64,000 bases of DNA. It comes from Octopus sinensis (Eukaryota). Shown here piece by piece: positions 38,044-52,500 of this stretch. The translations under genes were made by a program, and so were the position numbers. Every line of letters starts with the position of its first letter. The first letter of the stretch is position 1. Under the pieces are notes generated by a model. That model did no database searches. It saw only the letters and a list, made by a program, of their open reading frames with translations, and was not told the DNA's origin. The stretch is from positions 42,098,001-42,162,000 of the forward strand of contig NC_043007.1 of assembly GCF_006345805.1 (NCBI RefSeq), given 5' to 3'.

Positions 38044-41000
38044 GGCTATCTAACTCCGAATTCCTTAATTTGTTTCACCCACCCACATGGGTAAAACCTT
38101 GAACAAAACTGCATAGGAATGTCTACCCTGAATGAATATGTACTGCAACTGAACCAAGTAAATGCACATAAATGCTACATCAAAGGACATTAGGACACTT
38201 ATGCAGCAGAAACAAGTGTTGGATTGGAATTTAATGTGAATTTAATGGGGATAATACTGTAATGAAGAAGTTTTGAAGATGTATAATTCTCTATTGTTCA
38301 ATATGATGTCTTGATTATTTATTTTCCTGAAAATCTTTCTTGCATGCAAATTGTACAGAAATATTAGTTCTTAAGAGATTCTGCTAAAAATAAGTAGGTT
38401 CAACAGTCAGTAGAGCTTATTTGGCTGATGTAATGGGGTGGATTGGGCTAGGCTAGGCTGAGCTGGACTGGACTGCTGGAGTTAAGAGAAGTAATGATTT
38501 CTGTGTGATGAGAATGGACAGTTTTATGATGGATGATATACATCCCTTGAATCACTTTACAGACTCTCTGCAGCAAGACTGGTGAACTCATCAGTGTTGT
38601 TACAGGAGAGGTCAGAGAGGTCATCAGCTAGAGAGTTGTTCTATTTATAAACTGTTTCTGTTGCTGTAGTGCTCAATCATTTGCGGATATTTCTCACACA
38701 CACTCACATGCATATGCACACATAAATCGACGCCATCCATACTACAAAACACTGGTATGCACTTACTCTTCTTGACCCTTTCTTTCACTCTGCCTTCTCC
38801 TCACCCTTCTTCCTTTCCTCTTAACATTTGTTTTACTTTCTCAACCACTCCTTTTTTTTGTTATGCTCTTTTCTTTTTTTTTCTCTCTCTGTCTTTCATT
38901 CTATTTCTTCCATCTTTTTTATTCTTTGTTTTTCATCTTTCCTTTTTTGCTCTTTCTTACTATCCTCTTCTTGTTGCTCTTGGCTCTCATCTTGCCCTCC
39001 CCCTATTTAAAGATTCAAAATATATTTCTCAGTTTTAAGAAGCAAGGAGAGAAAAAGATCAACTTTCACCACAGACAAATACTACTACTACTACTACCAC
39101 TACCACCACCATCACTACTACACAGACTTTGTGTGTTGATAGATGCCACCCCCACTATCCAAAAAGAAAAAAAAGTTCACTACAGACAGGTGCCATCACC
39201 ACCACCACCACCACTCCACAGATCCTCTAATTGCAGACAGTTAGCACTGTCCCCACCACCACCACCACCACCACACATGCACAAGCATTCTCACTGCAGA
39301 CAGACAGCACCACCTAAAGGCTTATGCATCCTGCCCTCCCAAACATGAAACTGTTGTTGATTTTGTCTTCCTGATGATAAACGGCAAGTGGTTAGGAGAT
39401 TTCTTGACACTGCCTGTTTGCATACATACAAGAGAAAAGGGCTGGGCTCTTTGTATGAAATATATTTAGTTGTTAATACTAATCTTTTTTTCAAAGATAT
39501 GCACTACCCCCCCCCCACACACACACACACTCTATCTCTCTCATGCAAGTTCACACATAGCTACTATTGATGGAATGATTTAATTCTCATTTTCTGTTTT
39601 CAAGTGACTCACAGCATAATTCTAGAAATCACCCTAATCTGTTGTTTCTCAACATTAACAAACCTTCCTTGCTTCCTAACTTCAATTTTCTTTTCTTTCT
39701 TTCTTTTTTGAACTAGGTAGTTATAGTGATGGTGATGATGGTATGAGCGTTAACAACCACAGTTGTTGCTGTCATGTGGTATTATGATTTGCTGTTTTTG
39801 AGCTGCCATAACACGTAGCTTTATTGTAATTGTCAATCTATCATCATTAGTATGAGAAAAGTGACCACCCATAGTTATAAATTAATGTTAATGCATGGGG
39901 CATTGAATGTGTTAACTAAAAATAAATATGCGCAGAAGTGATTGTGTGGTAAGAAGTTTGCTTTCCAACCTCATGGCTCATGTGTTCAATCCCACTGCAT
40001 GGCACCCTGGGCAAATGTCTTCTATTATAATCCCAGGTCAATCAAAGCCTTGTGAGTAGATTTAGTTGACAGAAACTGAAGGAAGCCCTTTGTGTGTGTG
40101 TATGAATAAATAAATAAATAAATAAATATATATATATATATAATATATATATATATATATGACTTTAGTGGAAAGGGAAGAGGAAATCAGGTTTTATGGG
40201 TTAGGGGTTAAACTTTTACTGTATTCATCAGCATTAACATTTCACACTAAAAGTGTGCCATGTGAAGCTGTAGGATTTCTCCTTTAGCCCTTTAGCATTT
40301 AAACCAGTCATATCAGGATAAAGTATTCTACCTTTTTTTTATGTTCAAGCCAGACAGATCTGGCCCCTCACATCTACCCTACAATGTCATTGGAAAAAAT
40401 TAACAATCACATCATTGAAAGCCACAAGATAATGCATGATTAATTCAAAAAGTGTGAATGAACAAGGATAACATTTGACAATCTGAATGCTGAAGGGGTT
40501 AACTCTCAAAATCAGTCACTAGAGTAGTTATCATTGATCCTATTGGTTTTCCACTCTTATCTCTCACTTTCTATCCACCTTCTGCCCATACCGATATTTC
40601 CCATCTAGCCACACCTCCACTCCTGTTCATCACTCAGTACAGTCACTTCGTCCCCAATATCTAAACCATCTGTACTACCACCTCCTGATTTACTGTCTGT
40701 ATCAATTCTTATTTCATGAGGGTTTTTTCTCTGGTTACCAATCACTACCATCTTACATTTTCCCCAGACATTCCCTCCCACTCTTATGTAATTTCAAGGT
40801 AACCACATGTCTTCTCCATGGCAAGACTTTTCTACTTGTTCTTTGCATTTTTCCTCCTCTCCATCCTCTTAAATACTCTCTGCTTAATCAAAAAGACTTT
40901 CCCCTTTCACCCTTTTCTTGTTCTGTCCTGTCTTGCAAGTTACTTGGCAACCCCACTAGTGCTGGTGGCATGAAAAAGGCACCCAGTAAATACTGTAAAG

Positions 41001-44000
41001 TGATAGGCATTAGGAAGGTCATTCAGCCTTAGACACCATGCTAAAGCTGATATGGGACATGATACAGTTCTGTGGCTCACTAGATCCTGTCAAACTGTCC
41101 AACCTATGTCACCGTAGAAAACAGATGTTAACCCTTTCGTTACTGTATTTATTTTGAGATGCTCTGTGTTTCTTTCAATTACTTCAAATATAACAAAGAA
41201 TTTAGTAAAATAACTTAGTTATCATTAAGCTAGTGTTACGAACATAAACTGTGACTAAGGTTTGGTGGAAGATTTTAATTCAAAACTCATGAAAACAAGG
41301 CATTTGTACTCAGAGCCAGAGCTGGTTTCAGCCGGGTTGGTAATGAAAGGGTTAAATGATGATGATAATATAGGACTTTTAGTTGTTGCTAAGCCATTGA
41401 CCAATCCTAAATGAGCAGACCTGTGGACAAAGGAGTTTATTTAATCTATGACTCTCAACATTTTTTGAGGTGTTCTATGTTTAGATCTACATTATCCTGT
41501 CTTTTTCCATTTTAAGACAGTAGGGTGTGATTTGAGAGAGGCTTGGTTGCTATGTCAAACAAGTGTTACAAATTGAGTGCACTACTTCTGCTGCATCAGC
41601 ATGTGTTGAGAAGCTGAAAGGAGGCGGGCATACTGTCATTATCTAGTATGGTAACCATGTTGCTGTCAGGTGTTTAGTGCATGTTCTTTCAGTTTTATCA
41701 ATCAAATTTAGGTATGGTGCACAGCAACTATGCGTTGTGTGTGGTTTTCTTATGTAACTGCCAACTATTTTTTTTCCTATTGATTTTTCTTTGAAGATTT
41801 TCGTTGAGGAACTAAAAAAAAAAAAAAAGCCAAATTCTTATGTTACCTGTTTGTCTCAGCCATCTGAAATAAATTTGTAAACTTCTACTTTATATTTTTC
41901 TTATTCTTTATTGCTTTGCATACATTTTTCCATGCTAGCATAAGTAGGAGGGATTCTGTAAGTTTGAATATTTGCCTATTATTGGAGCAAATGTTTTAGT
42001 GTGTGTGTGTGTGAGTGAGAAAGAGAAAATGTTTGTCCTTTTTTACTACTAAATGCTCAACCATAAATAAGTTAAAAGTAATATGCTTAATGCAGAAAAC
42101 AGCAAAAATCTAATTAGAAATATGTTGTGAGGGGGGAAAAAAACATTAACTCAGTGACTAATATCATTTTAATTATTTTAGCAACTTTGGACATCAAGCA
42201 AAGCATAGACTATAACATGAAATTGTAGAGTTGATATTTGTTGACTGTTTTATATGTTTTACTTTGTAGAAATAGTGCAATGCATGTAATAGATTTGGAA
42301 ATTACAGCCATGTGGTCAGTAGTTTGGCATTTAACTCCTTCTCCTCTCTATTTTCTTTTCCTGGAGGCAAGTGTTACTCTCAGAGATTTGCTCTTCAGTG
42401 GAATTTTTGGAATTGTGTTTGATGAACCTATCACCTCACATATATTTCTATATGCTGAGTTCCTTAGATTTGAAACTACTGGCACTGGCTGTCAAGTAAC
42501 GGTTGTGTAACGTCATCTTCACCACCACCGTTTTTTACATCCACTTTTCAATAGTGGCATGGGCTAGCCAGTACTTTTTGAGGCAGTTTATCATAGGATA
42601 CCTTTTTTGATGTATCATTTAGTATTTCAAATTTTAATTCAATTTTATATTTCTTTCTGTGGTTTGTAAGTTGTTGCATTGCAATGTATAGCTTAATACA
42701 TTGTAATGTATAATATTTTTAATAGTTACACTGTCCAAATCTCAGCAGGAAAGTAGAACTGTTTCTCTCTCTCTCTCTCTTTCTCTCCCTCCCTCCCCCT
42801 GCCCTCTCTCTCTGCCTCCCCCTCCCCTGCCCTCTCTCTTTCCCTCCCTCTGCTCTATCTCTCCCTCCCCTGCTCCCCCACTCTCTCAATTTTCTATTTC
42901 TAACATGGCTGTGTGGTTCAGAAGTTTGCTTCTCAACCACATGGTTTCAAGTTCAGCCTCATTGCATGGCTCTGTAGGCAAGTGTATTTTACCATAACCC
43001 CAACCTGACCAAAGCCTTGAGTGAATTTGTGTGTGTATGTGCACACAAATACATGCCTGTGTGTTTGTTTACATTTGTGCTTCTCCAAAACTTGTGAGCT
43101 ATTAGGGTGTTGATGTTACCATCTCCCTTGTCAATGAATCATCCATTGGTTTGTGCCTTTGGAAATCTGTAAAGTAAGAGATCCTTTACTTGAACAATTG
43201 GTGAGAGTTAGCCACAGAAGGGTATCCAGCTCTTACACAATACCTATAATATATGTATGTAACCTGTGTTTACATGGAAGAAGTGGAAATAAAAAATAAA
43301 CAAAAAAAGCATGTTTATGTACATTTTACAAGTAGTTTACACTAAAAAAACACTCCCTTCATTTACTTGTTAAGGTTATCTCTTGGCTATAATTTCTATA
43401 GAATATCTTTAGAGACAACCTTAACAAGTGATGTAAAGTGCATTGCTAACACAGTAGAACATGGTATTGACTTATAAAAGACGTTTAATATACTTTATAG
43501 TATACTAGCAGCTAAGCCTCTGTTTCACCTGGTCGGTTTGGATGATGTGGCTGTAAAACCTGCTCTGTGTAAGCATTCGACTTGTTTGGGCAAGCTTACG
43601 TTAAAAAACAATTTTAGAATGACTTTTTTCTGTCAAAACACTAAAAATAACTGACCAACAAAAAAAAATTAACCGAAATGTTAAGCAAACTAAGATGAAC
43701 CATCCCACTTCCATTGCACATGCACACACACATGCACCCCCCTTTTACATACACACACACATATATTCACAAAGTTTAAACGCTCACCCCTTCCTTCCTT
43801 ATTCATCTATCACCCCTTCCTTTCTCATTCATAAACACAAGAGTATTATTATAGTAGATTATCTCAGTAACCATGGGAGCTATGAAAAAATACCAAGCCC
43901 AGCATCACCAGCAGATCATTCTACATATCTGTAATTTTTCATGCAATTCCACTCAGCCGTTTGACCATAAATTCCAAGACAAGAAAGAATCGCCCATGTC

Positions 44001-46039
44001 AAATTTATATGTATAGATTATGGTTGCATAAAGAAATACCGTGTCCCTACAAGTCATTAATAACTTTCATCTACCGTAATAATGTTGAAGAGTAATAATA
44101 CAATGTAGTTGGGTAACCAGAGGCAAAGTTATAAATTCTGAGGAACTTGATTTTGCTGAGCAATAAATAAATGTCTAAAATAAATTTAATATAAAGAAAC
44201 ACAATTAAATATAAAATAAAACTCAAATAAAAGCCAAGATAGAAGCAATAAGAATATTATTGTTAGCTAGCTACTCTTATCCCCTTACTATTATCTAGTC
44301 AGATTATATGAAGATTAGATTGCAGCTAAATCCTCTCGTCTATCTTTTCTGAAGAAGAATATATTGGGAATTTTTACCCACTTCCTTATCCTCCTGCACC
44401 ACTACCCCAGTAATCTGTTGAGCTCAGAACTATTTCTATTGTCTGTAGCTTTAATATACGTCTGTGGTAATTGTATGATAGCTGAGAGCTTTCTAGCCTC
44501 TTTGGGAGAGAGTGATGATGGGAGGCAGTGGATGAGATGTATGCATGATGATTGTATTGCATTATGTATGGGCAGATAGCTTCTTAAGTGACTGAAATCT
44601 AATGCAGGTCAAAGACTGAAAACTATTGTATCTGAATTAGAGGGAAGAGAGAAAGAAAAAAAAACTTGTTTGTGTTTGTTGGAGGAGAAAATATACTTTT
44701 ATTGATATATAAAACATTATTTCATAATTACATGTCTGATAGCATGTGTTGCTAAATTTATTTATGGATAATGATTTCCAATTGTTACTGATATGAAGAT
44801 AAAAAAAGATTGTGTGTGTGTCTTTGTGTGTGTGTGTGTCTTTGTGTGTGTGTGTGTGTGTGTGATATGTATATAAAGAGCATTGTCATACAGAAGTACA
44901 AAAGCAAATAATGAAGACTGTGTACTTCTAACAGTGTGAAAAGGGAAGTCAAGTTACCATTATGTATTTCAGGCACAAAGGCCCATCATCAGAAGTGCCT
45001 GAAATATATAAAGGTTACTTTCTCTTCTGCATTGCAAGCTTTCTGTCTTCATGTTATTCTACTATACATGTGTATACATACATACACATACATGTCCACA
45101 TACACAAAGACTGTACAAAGTATATATAGTTAAATTTATTTATTCAAATATATGTTCCAATACACTCTCTTTTAGAAACAAAACCAAATCTCTGATGGAG
45201 GAGAGAAATAGCTGAGTCACTCAACCATCAGTATATTACAGACAGCTATTTTATTACACCTGGAGTGATCAATAGCAAAAGCAAATCAGACTTTAACCCG
45301 TCTCATTCTAACTCACCTAAAACTGTCCCTGGTTCTGCGATGCAAAGTGCCTATTTTGAAGTGATCTTAATTAAAACCATCAAAATTTCATGTTTCAAAC
45401 TCTTTAAGGACAAAGCTATTTTATTAAATTCTCTGTTATTTTTAGAATTAAGTGAAATAAAGTGTATTTCAACAGAAATATGCTCACAAATGGTTAACAA
45501 CAGATGTCTTTAGCACCAATTTGAGACAAGAAAATAATAAGGCTCTTTGATGAATCACAAACCAGATATCTTATGCTTGCCACGGGACAACTACATTTCC
45601 AGTTACTCTACAGAGTGTCTGGCATTCCACTTTTTCAAGTTAGATAATGATCATCTAAGCAGTTAATTGGAATCTCATATAAGTTTCTGCATATTGAAAA
45701 TGGCTTCACCACTTTTGTGTTGAATGCTGATCGCAAATGTCCATTTAATATTTGCTTTCTTCATAATATGTCTTAGAATTTTCTGATAGAATAAAAAAAT
45801 CAATACTTTTTATGATTATAAATTGAATATTGGTTTTGAATATTTGTTGTCCCTACATGTACATGTGAATTTATGTCTGTACATGCACAAGTTCTTGTAT
45901 ACAGAAGTATATAATTATTTTCACTAGTCAAGGTGTTAAACCAATATGTTTTGCTTTCTCAGTTTGCAGAAGGGGAATATTGTTGATTGAATTAACCTGA
46001 CTATATTGCTGGATGCTCATACAGAACAGCATAGTTCTT

Positions 46040-46523
46040 TACATTATTTACATCTGACGGATATTTGTTCTCATCTTGTTTGTTGTTAATACCTTTCGGT
46101 TAATATACTCTCCAGCCTTCATCAGGTGTCTTGGGGAAATTTCAAACTTGGCTTCTCATTCCTAAGGTATTTTACAATGTTGTTATTATATATTATTGAG
46201 GTCACTGCTTGGAATTGAACTTGGAATATTGGGGTTAGTAGTCTGTGCTCTTAACCTACAGGCATATGGTATGGTGGTTAAGAGCACAGGCTACTAATCT
46301 CAAGATTCCGAGTTCGATTCCAAGCAATGACCTGAATAATAATAATAATAATAATATTTAAAAATCCCTTAGGAATGAGAACCCAGGTTTGAAATTTCCC
46401 CAAGACACCTGATGAAGGCTGGAGGGTATATCAGCTGAAATGTGTTAACAAACAGGATGAGGACAAATATTTGTCAAATGTAAATAATATACATAATTCC
46501 TCATCTCTTAAATATAGAACCAT
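46040..46523. mobile_element. Fold-back (head-to-head) SINE dimer with a 12-bp flanking direct repeat and hammerhead-derived motifs
   Basis: Arms at 46041-46256 and 46276-46490 are reverse complements. agcatagttctt occurs at 46028-46039 and 46524-46535. Each arm has a tRNA-like head and a CTGATGA..GAAA motif. Confidence 0.85.
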
Positions 46524-49500
46524 AGCATAGTTCTTATTCACACAAGAGTCTTTATGGGGTCAATAAATCTGCTAGAAAAAAGCAGCTACATCATCCATAA
46601 ATTACTGCATACAGTTATCGAAAGATTTGTTTGATATCTACACTGATATCTCCGAAATTATTGAATCAAGAAATTTTTTTTTTTTTCCTTTAAAGATTAT
46701 TACTAAGAAAAATTTGAAGAAGAAAAAATTTTAATTTTACAAAGTTATTTGGAGAATAAGTAATTTTCTCAGCTGTGTTGCAACATGTTAAATATTGAAT
46801 GAACTGCAGATTGTCTGGCAAAAAATAAAACCAGTTATACCAAGAATGAAGTGCAACAAAGATAACTTTACTTTTTCATTAAAATTGAGTGAAATAGTGC
46901 TTCTAATAACGTAACTGAACTGGATGGGATGTGCAGTGATGGTCATTCTACATGGGTTATCTTTGTTGTGTTCTGTAATACTGGCAGTGCTGTAGAGGTT
47001 TGTGAGTGTGTGTCTGTGTATAAATGTTGTACTTATTGTATTCATTATACATGTTATATTTGTTGTTGTTGTTGTTTATCCATAAGCAGTCCTATGATCA
47101 ATGGCATTCAGTTTATGACCTTGTATTATTTTCTGGAACAGAGTATCTAGGATTGTTTTTATCCAATGCTTGCTTTCTTTAAGACAGTAGAATAAGACTG
47201 GAGGGATATTTGGCTGCTGTTGCTAGCAAAATGAAGTGACTGTATAGAAATTAAGTTATTGTAATACTGATAGTGTTGTGGTATGGGCTGTGTAGGACAG
47301 TTTGCAACATGTGCACATACGCTACTGGTGGTGTTGTGTTTTTGGTGTGTATCTGTGTGTATTTTATCTAACATTGGGAGATGTGATCTTGGTTTCTAGT
47401 GCATATCTATGCATTGTGTGTACTGTGCTAGAACAGGGGGTGTTTGGATAATGATGGTGGGTGGATTTGTGCTCAGACTAGCGAAGCAAAGTAAACATCT
47501 GCAGAATGTTGTCTGTTTTTTGAGGTGATGTTTCATTGGCAACATCTAAGGTTTGTTTATTTGTTTGTGTGTATGTGTATGCATGCATGAGAGAAGGAGA
47601 GAGAAGAATGTTAGGAAATGTTTTGTAGGTGAGAAGTATAAGGGTAGGTGGCTGGAAGAAGACATACATACTAAGATAAATGTTATAAAACAGTGTATTT
47701 GTAGGTGTGTCCTTAGGGAAGAGAGAGAGAATGTGTGTGTGTGTGGAACAGTATCTAAGTAATTTTGGCCTATGATCAGCACATTATCAAATACTTCTTG
47801 TAATAAACACTTCAAGCTAGATCAGACAGGAAGCTTGTTTACTTTAGATGGGAGATAGAAATCTTTAGACTAAACCATAATATTTGGAAAATTTCTTCTT
47901 AACCCCCATGGGTAAATTCCATTTTTAAATTGTGATTGCTTCAGTAATTTGTGTGGAAGGAAAGGGGTGTATTCAACATTTTAACCTTGTATTACACTTT
48001 AGATACATTTTCGATGTAGTAAACATGCGAGTTTGATGAAATATAATAGTAATTTTGGTTTCTGATCCAGGCACAACATAGTTCAAGGGCTGATATTAGA
48101 TTTCTTGCTAGTCCTTGTTTATTAAAGTATTTTGGATGCTGATATTGTTACCCATATTGTATTAGAGTACAAGCCAACTATAGTACAAGCCAGTGTAGAA
48201 AATAGTATATTGTTGCTTGATCTGCTTGATTAAACAGCCAAATGAGATTTAATCCACACTGTCTGAAAAGATGGAGGATATATTGGGTACTGGATACTCA
48301 ATCTGAGAAGATGGAATGGTCATTTCTGAAATACCTTTGATCATAGTTCTGCTCAATTAGAGTGAAACAACAACAAAAAAATAATTTGTTTCACTGTAGA
48401 TATTGTTCATAAGAATTATAGTATTATATAATTTGCATAGATTTTATTATGTCTATAAACATGGATTATGGTTAAGAAGTTTCCCTTCAAAACTGTGATT
48501 TTGGGTTCTGTCTCACTGCAAGGCACCTTGGACAAGTGTTTTCTATTATAGCTATTTGCTGAAAAGTGTCGTATGATTGAATTTGGTAGATGGAAACTAT
48601 GTGGAGGTCTTTTATGTGAGTGTGTGTGTGCATCCATCAATGCATGCGTGTGTGTGTGCGTCCATACATCTGTGTGTGTGTGTGCTTCCCATTATGTTAA
48701 TGCAACTTAACAATCAATGCTGGTCTATTTTTGTTCCCTTAATTTAGCTTTACAGCAAAAAAAAATAGGTTGATAGAATATGTACCAGACCAAAAAAAAG
48801 AAAACACTGGAATCAATTTGATCAGTTACACCTGCCAGTGGTGCTCCACATGGCAGCTGTCCAAAAGATTAACAATTATAATTATGTTTCGCTTTTGTAT
48901 TTGATTTGCAAGGTTCTTGATGTGAAATAATGTTGAATCAAATTTTGTTGTCTTGGGAGTGACCCATGACTCTCTACTCACTCTGTGAGTAGTGTCAATG
49001 GTCTCTGAAAAGGTGAATAACAATGCAATAAATTTGATGGACAAACAAAAAATTGATTATTTAACCAATGTGTTAAACAAATTATCAGTTATTTACTTGG
49101 TGAGATATTTAACCAAATGACTAATAATAAGTAGAATTGAACTTGCGCATGTGTTGTTATTATTGGTATAATGACTCTCCCAAGACAGCAAAACATTATT
49201 AATTCCATGTAGTGGTACTGACTTGACACTAGTATTAAAAACATTGATTATGATGAAGGAAGTACAGGACTGTTTGAGAAGGATCCTGCAGATTTGGGGA
49301 TTTGGTATTGTTATCAACCATGAGCGAAAGGATTGTAGATGATGAAATCATTTTGGTATTGGAAATGGATTAGCCCTGTATATTTTATAAGCCTGGATCA
49401 AATATCGCCTGGCAGTCAGAAAAAAAAAATAAAGTAAAAAGAGCAACAAAATGAAAAAATAATTAAAATTATCTAAGGCTTAGATCTTGAGGCAGACATC

Positions 49501-52500
49501 ACAGGGATAATCTTAAGGGAGAAACATCAGAGATAATTAGAACTGGGTGAAATGAGTATTGGTAATTCTCACTTGCAGTGTTGTCTTATGTGTGATGTAA
49601 AGCAATAACGAAAAAATTAGTTTGCTTTGTTTTGCTCTATTTAGCTTGGTGAGATTTACTTTGTTATTGCCATGACTGGATTAAGTGAATGTAATGACAA
49701 TCTTTGATAACATGTGCTGCTAATAATAATAACAATAATAATAATAATAATAATTTCAAATTTTGGCTCAGTGCTAACAATTTGAAAGGAGGGGGTAAGT
49801 CGATTACATTGATCCCAGTGTTCAACTGATACTATTTGATCGACATCAAAAAGATGAAAACCAAAGTTCACCTCGGTGGGATTTAAACTCAGAAGAGACA
49901 GAATAAATAGCGCAAGGTATTTTTTCTGGTCGAGAAAATGTAGCCAGGAAAAAATTTCTGGAAATTTGTAAATGTGAGAAAAAAAAGATGGCTGAGCGGG
50001 TGGGGGAAGTATTTTGTAGCAAAATGGAATAGAGGCTTTTTATAATTTTTTTTTTTTTCCATGTGATTCTCTGCAATTGAATGCTTAGAATTATGAAGCA
50101 CCACATGGTTAGGAAACCACATGATTGCGAAGCAAACTCCTTGACCATACAGTCATGTCTTTGCCTATCTCACCAATATAAAGGATCTAGGCTAACTAGA
50201 TAATTTCAGTTTCTCTTTTGATTGATCACTCTTACTCTGCCATATGGCTGAATGGCTATAATTTTGAACTACAATACTAATTTATAGGTCTTAAATTCAT
50301 CTTGTGTTTTGACTAATGCATTTGAGTATCTGTCTTATTTCATTACACTTCTAGGAGTAGGCATCATATTCCCTAAGAGTGTTACTTTAACCCTTTCATT
50401 ACCGACCCGGCTGAAACCGGCTCTGAATACAAATGTCTTGTTTTCATAAGTTTTGAATTAAAGTCTACTACCAAACCTTAGTCACAATTTATGTTCCTAA
50501 CACTAGCTGAATGATAACTAAGTTATTTTACTAAATTCTTTGTTATATTTTAAGTATTTGAAAGAAACACTGTGTATCTCAAAATAAATACAGTAACAAA
50601 AGGGTTAAGAAAGGCTTGAGAAGTATCTCTGGTCTACTTGATGTTATGAAAGCTTGTATCAGCTATGACAAGCAAAGAAGGAGCTTTTATGTAGTTGCTC
50701 AACTTGCTAGAAATAGCAGCCAAATCTCCTTCACATTGCATTCTGCTGTGATACACGCACACCTTCATATTGGTGTGTGTTTGCGGCATTACCAAAATGC
50801 CTTTGATCATAAGTGTGCTCAATCAGGGCTGATCTAGGGCTAAACAGCAGCCACAACAACATAACAGCAGGCTAGCAAATAGGTGTTACAGTAATTGTAA
50901 TATCATTAAAACAATTTCTTTTATTTCATTAATAACCAGTCACTTTTTTCAATTCCCATGAGATAAGCCTTTCTTGAAAGCTAACTTTATGCATCCAATG
51001 GACCGTAAAGCTAACAAAACAGGTGGCCAGCTAGTTAATTTAGTTAACATTTACGTGGTTAAGTAAACAAGTGGCTGTTTAGATAACTGTATTAATGTTT
51101 GTTTTTGTTTTATTTTCTCTTTCTTCCAAGGTTTGAATACCAATAAGGTGAAGATTATTTTGACATAGGGGGTTGTCACAGATTCTTAGCAGCATGTTAC
51201 TGTAACAGCAGTGCAAACATAACAACTAATTACAGATGAAAAGTTTTCTGTTAATAGATATTGTATATTTCAGGAAAACGCACATCAAATAGAAGACTGT
51301 TTTTCAAATTCCTTGTGCTCAGCAATGCATTTCTTTCGTACTGTTCAGATGCCAACTTGATGCTATTATGGAAATCTAAATAGAAGAAATAACACTATCT
51401 ATAATAATGGTTTCTAACTTTGGCACAACACCACAAATTTGTAGAGAAGAGGCAGTCATTCAAATCAACCCCAGTATATAGCTGGTACCTATTTTTTTTT
51501 TATCAGCAGAATTAGAACTCAGGACAGAAAAACAGATAAGATGCCACTAAGTTTTATCTCTGGCATGCTAAAGATTCTGCCAGCATACCACCTTATACCC
51601 TCAATAATAATAATTGAAATAATCTTTTTGTTTATTGTTGCCACAATTAGGTAGGTATTTTAAGGGTAGGGTATTGTTTACTTCATTAACCTTAGCACTT
51701 GACAGGTATTTATTTATCAACCACAGAAAGATAAGCAAAGATCTTGGTAGGATTTGAACTCGGAACATATAATCAAATAATGCAAGGCATTTCGTCATTT
51801 GTCACTCTATGAATTCTGTCATTCACTACTCCAGATAATTATAAACCATTATCATGATGAGTAATAAAAATAATGTTTTGTAACTTGGGTGGGGGTACAG
51901 GGTGAGGAGTAGCTTATTGAATATATGTCTGTACATTGATGGTGATTATGTGGGGTGGGGGTTTAACTGTGAGAGAATGATAGGCAATGAATTGATAGGA
52001 GTTATAGCTGTTGTTTAACCCAAGGTCAAGTCTGATAAAAAAAACAAAACAAATTCTGTGTCCATCTGTCTTTTTTCTTTTTTTTCTTCTTTTTAGAAGT
52101 GTATTAGGCTACATTGTCCAACATAACCTTTACCTACTTAAGATATAGGATTTGATTTGAAGGTATTTGGTTGCTATTTCTAGCAGGTTCAGTGACCATG
52201 TAGAGGCTCATAATGGTATTTTAAATTAGAATGCATAGGGTTGTAACTAAATATTACAAAATATTTAAGTATTTAGTACACTCTGCTATTCCACTGCTCG
52301 TTTGTCTTTTTGTTATATTTATATTTGATTATGATGCAGTTGTTGCTTAGCCTTCACCACACAGATTGTGTGGGAGCTAGATTATTAAACTTTGCTTACA
52401 TTGTTATGTTCTCAACTAGGGCTAATAACTCTGTTTACCTTGTTCATGTGAGTCAATTCAACATCTTTCATAGCAGGTGGATTCAACACTTTGTAGTTAG

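Noticed and set aside
39127-39190. ag|A CTT TGT (RLCVLID...) as PACS exon 2
   Set aside because: Only RLC matches. The remainder is unrelated to LCSLTL...IAVKMQ and lies in a degenerate repeat.
49211-49340. LTLVLKTLIMMKEVQDCLRRILQ, superficially like vertebrate PACS1 exon 2 (SLTLKKLVMLKEMDKDL)
   Set aside because: The available acceptors turn the split Arg codon into Ser, the RLC/FS start and the VIAVKxQ end are missing, and no suitable donor exists. Most likely chance; tBLASTn or RNA-seq would settle it.
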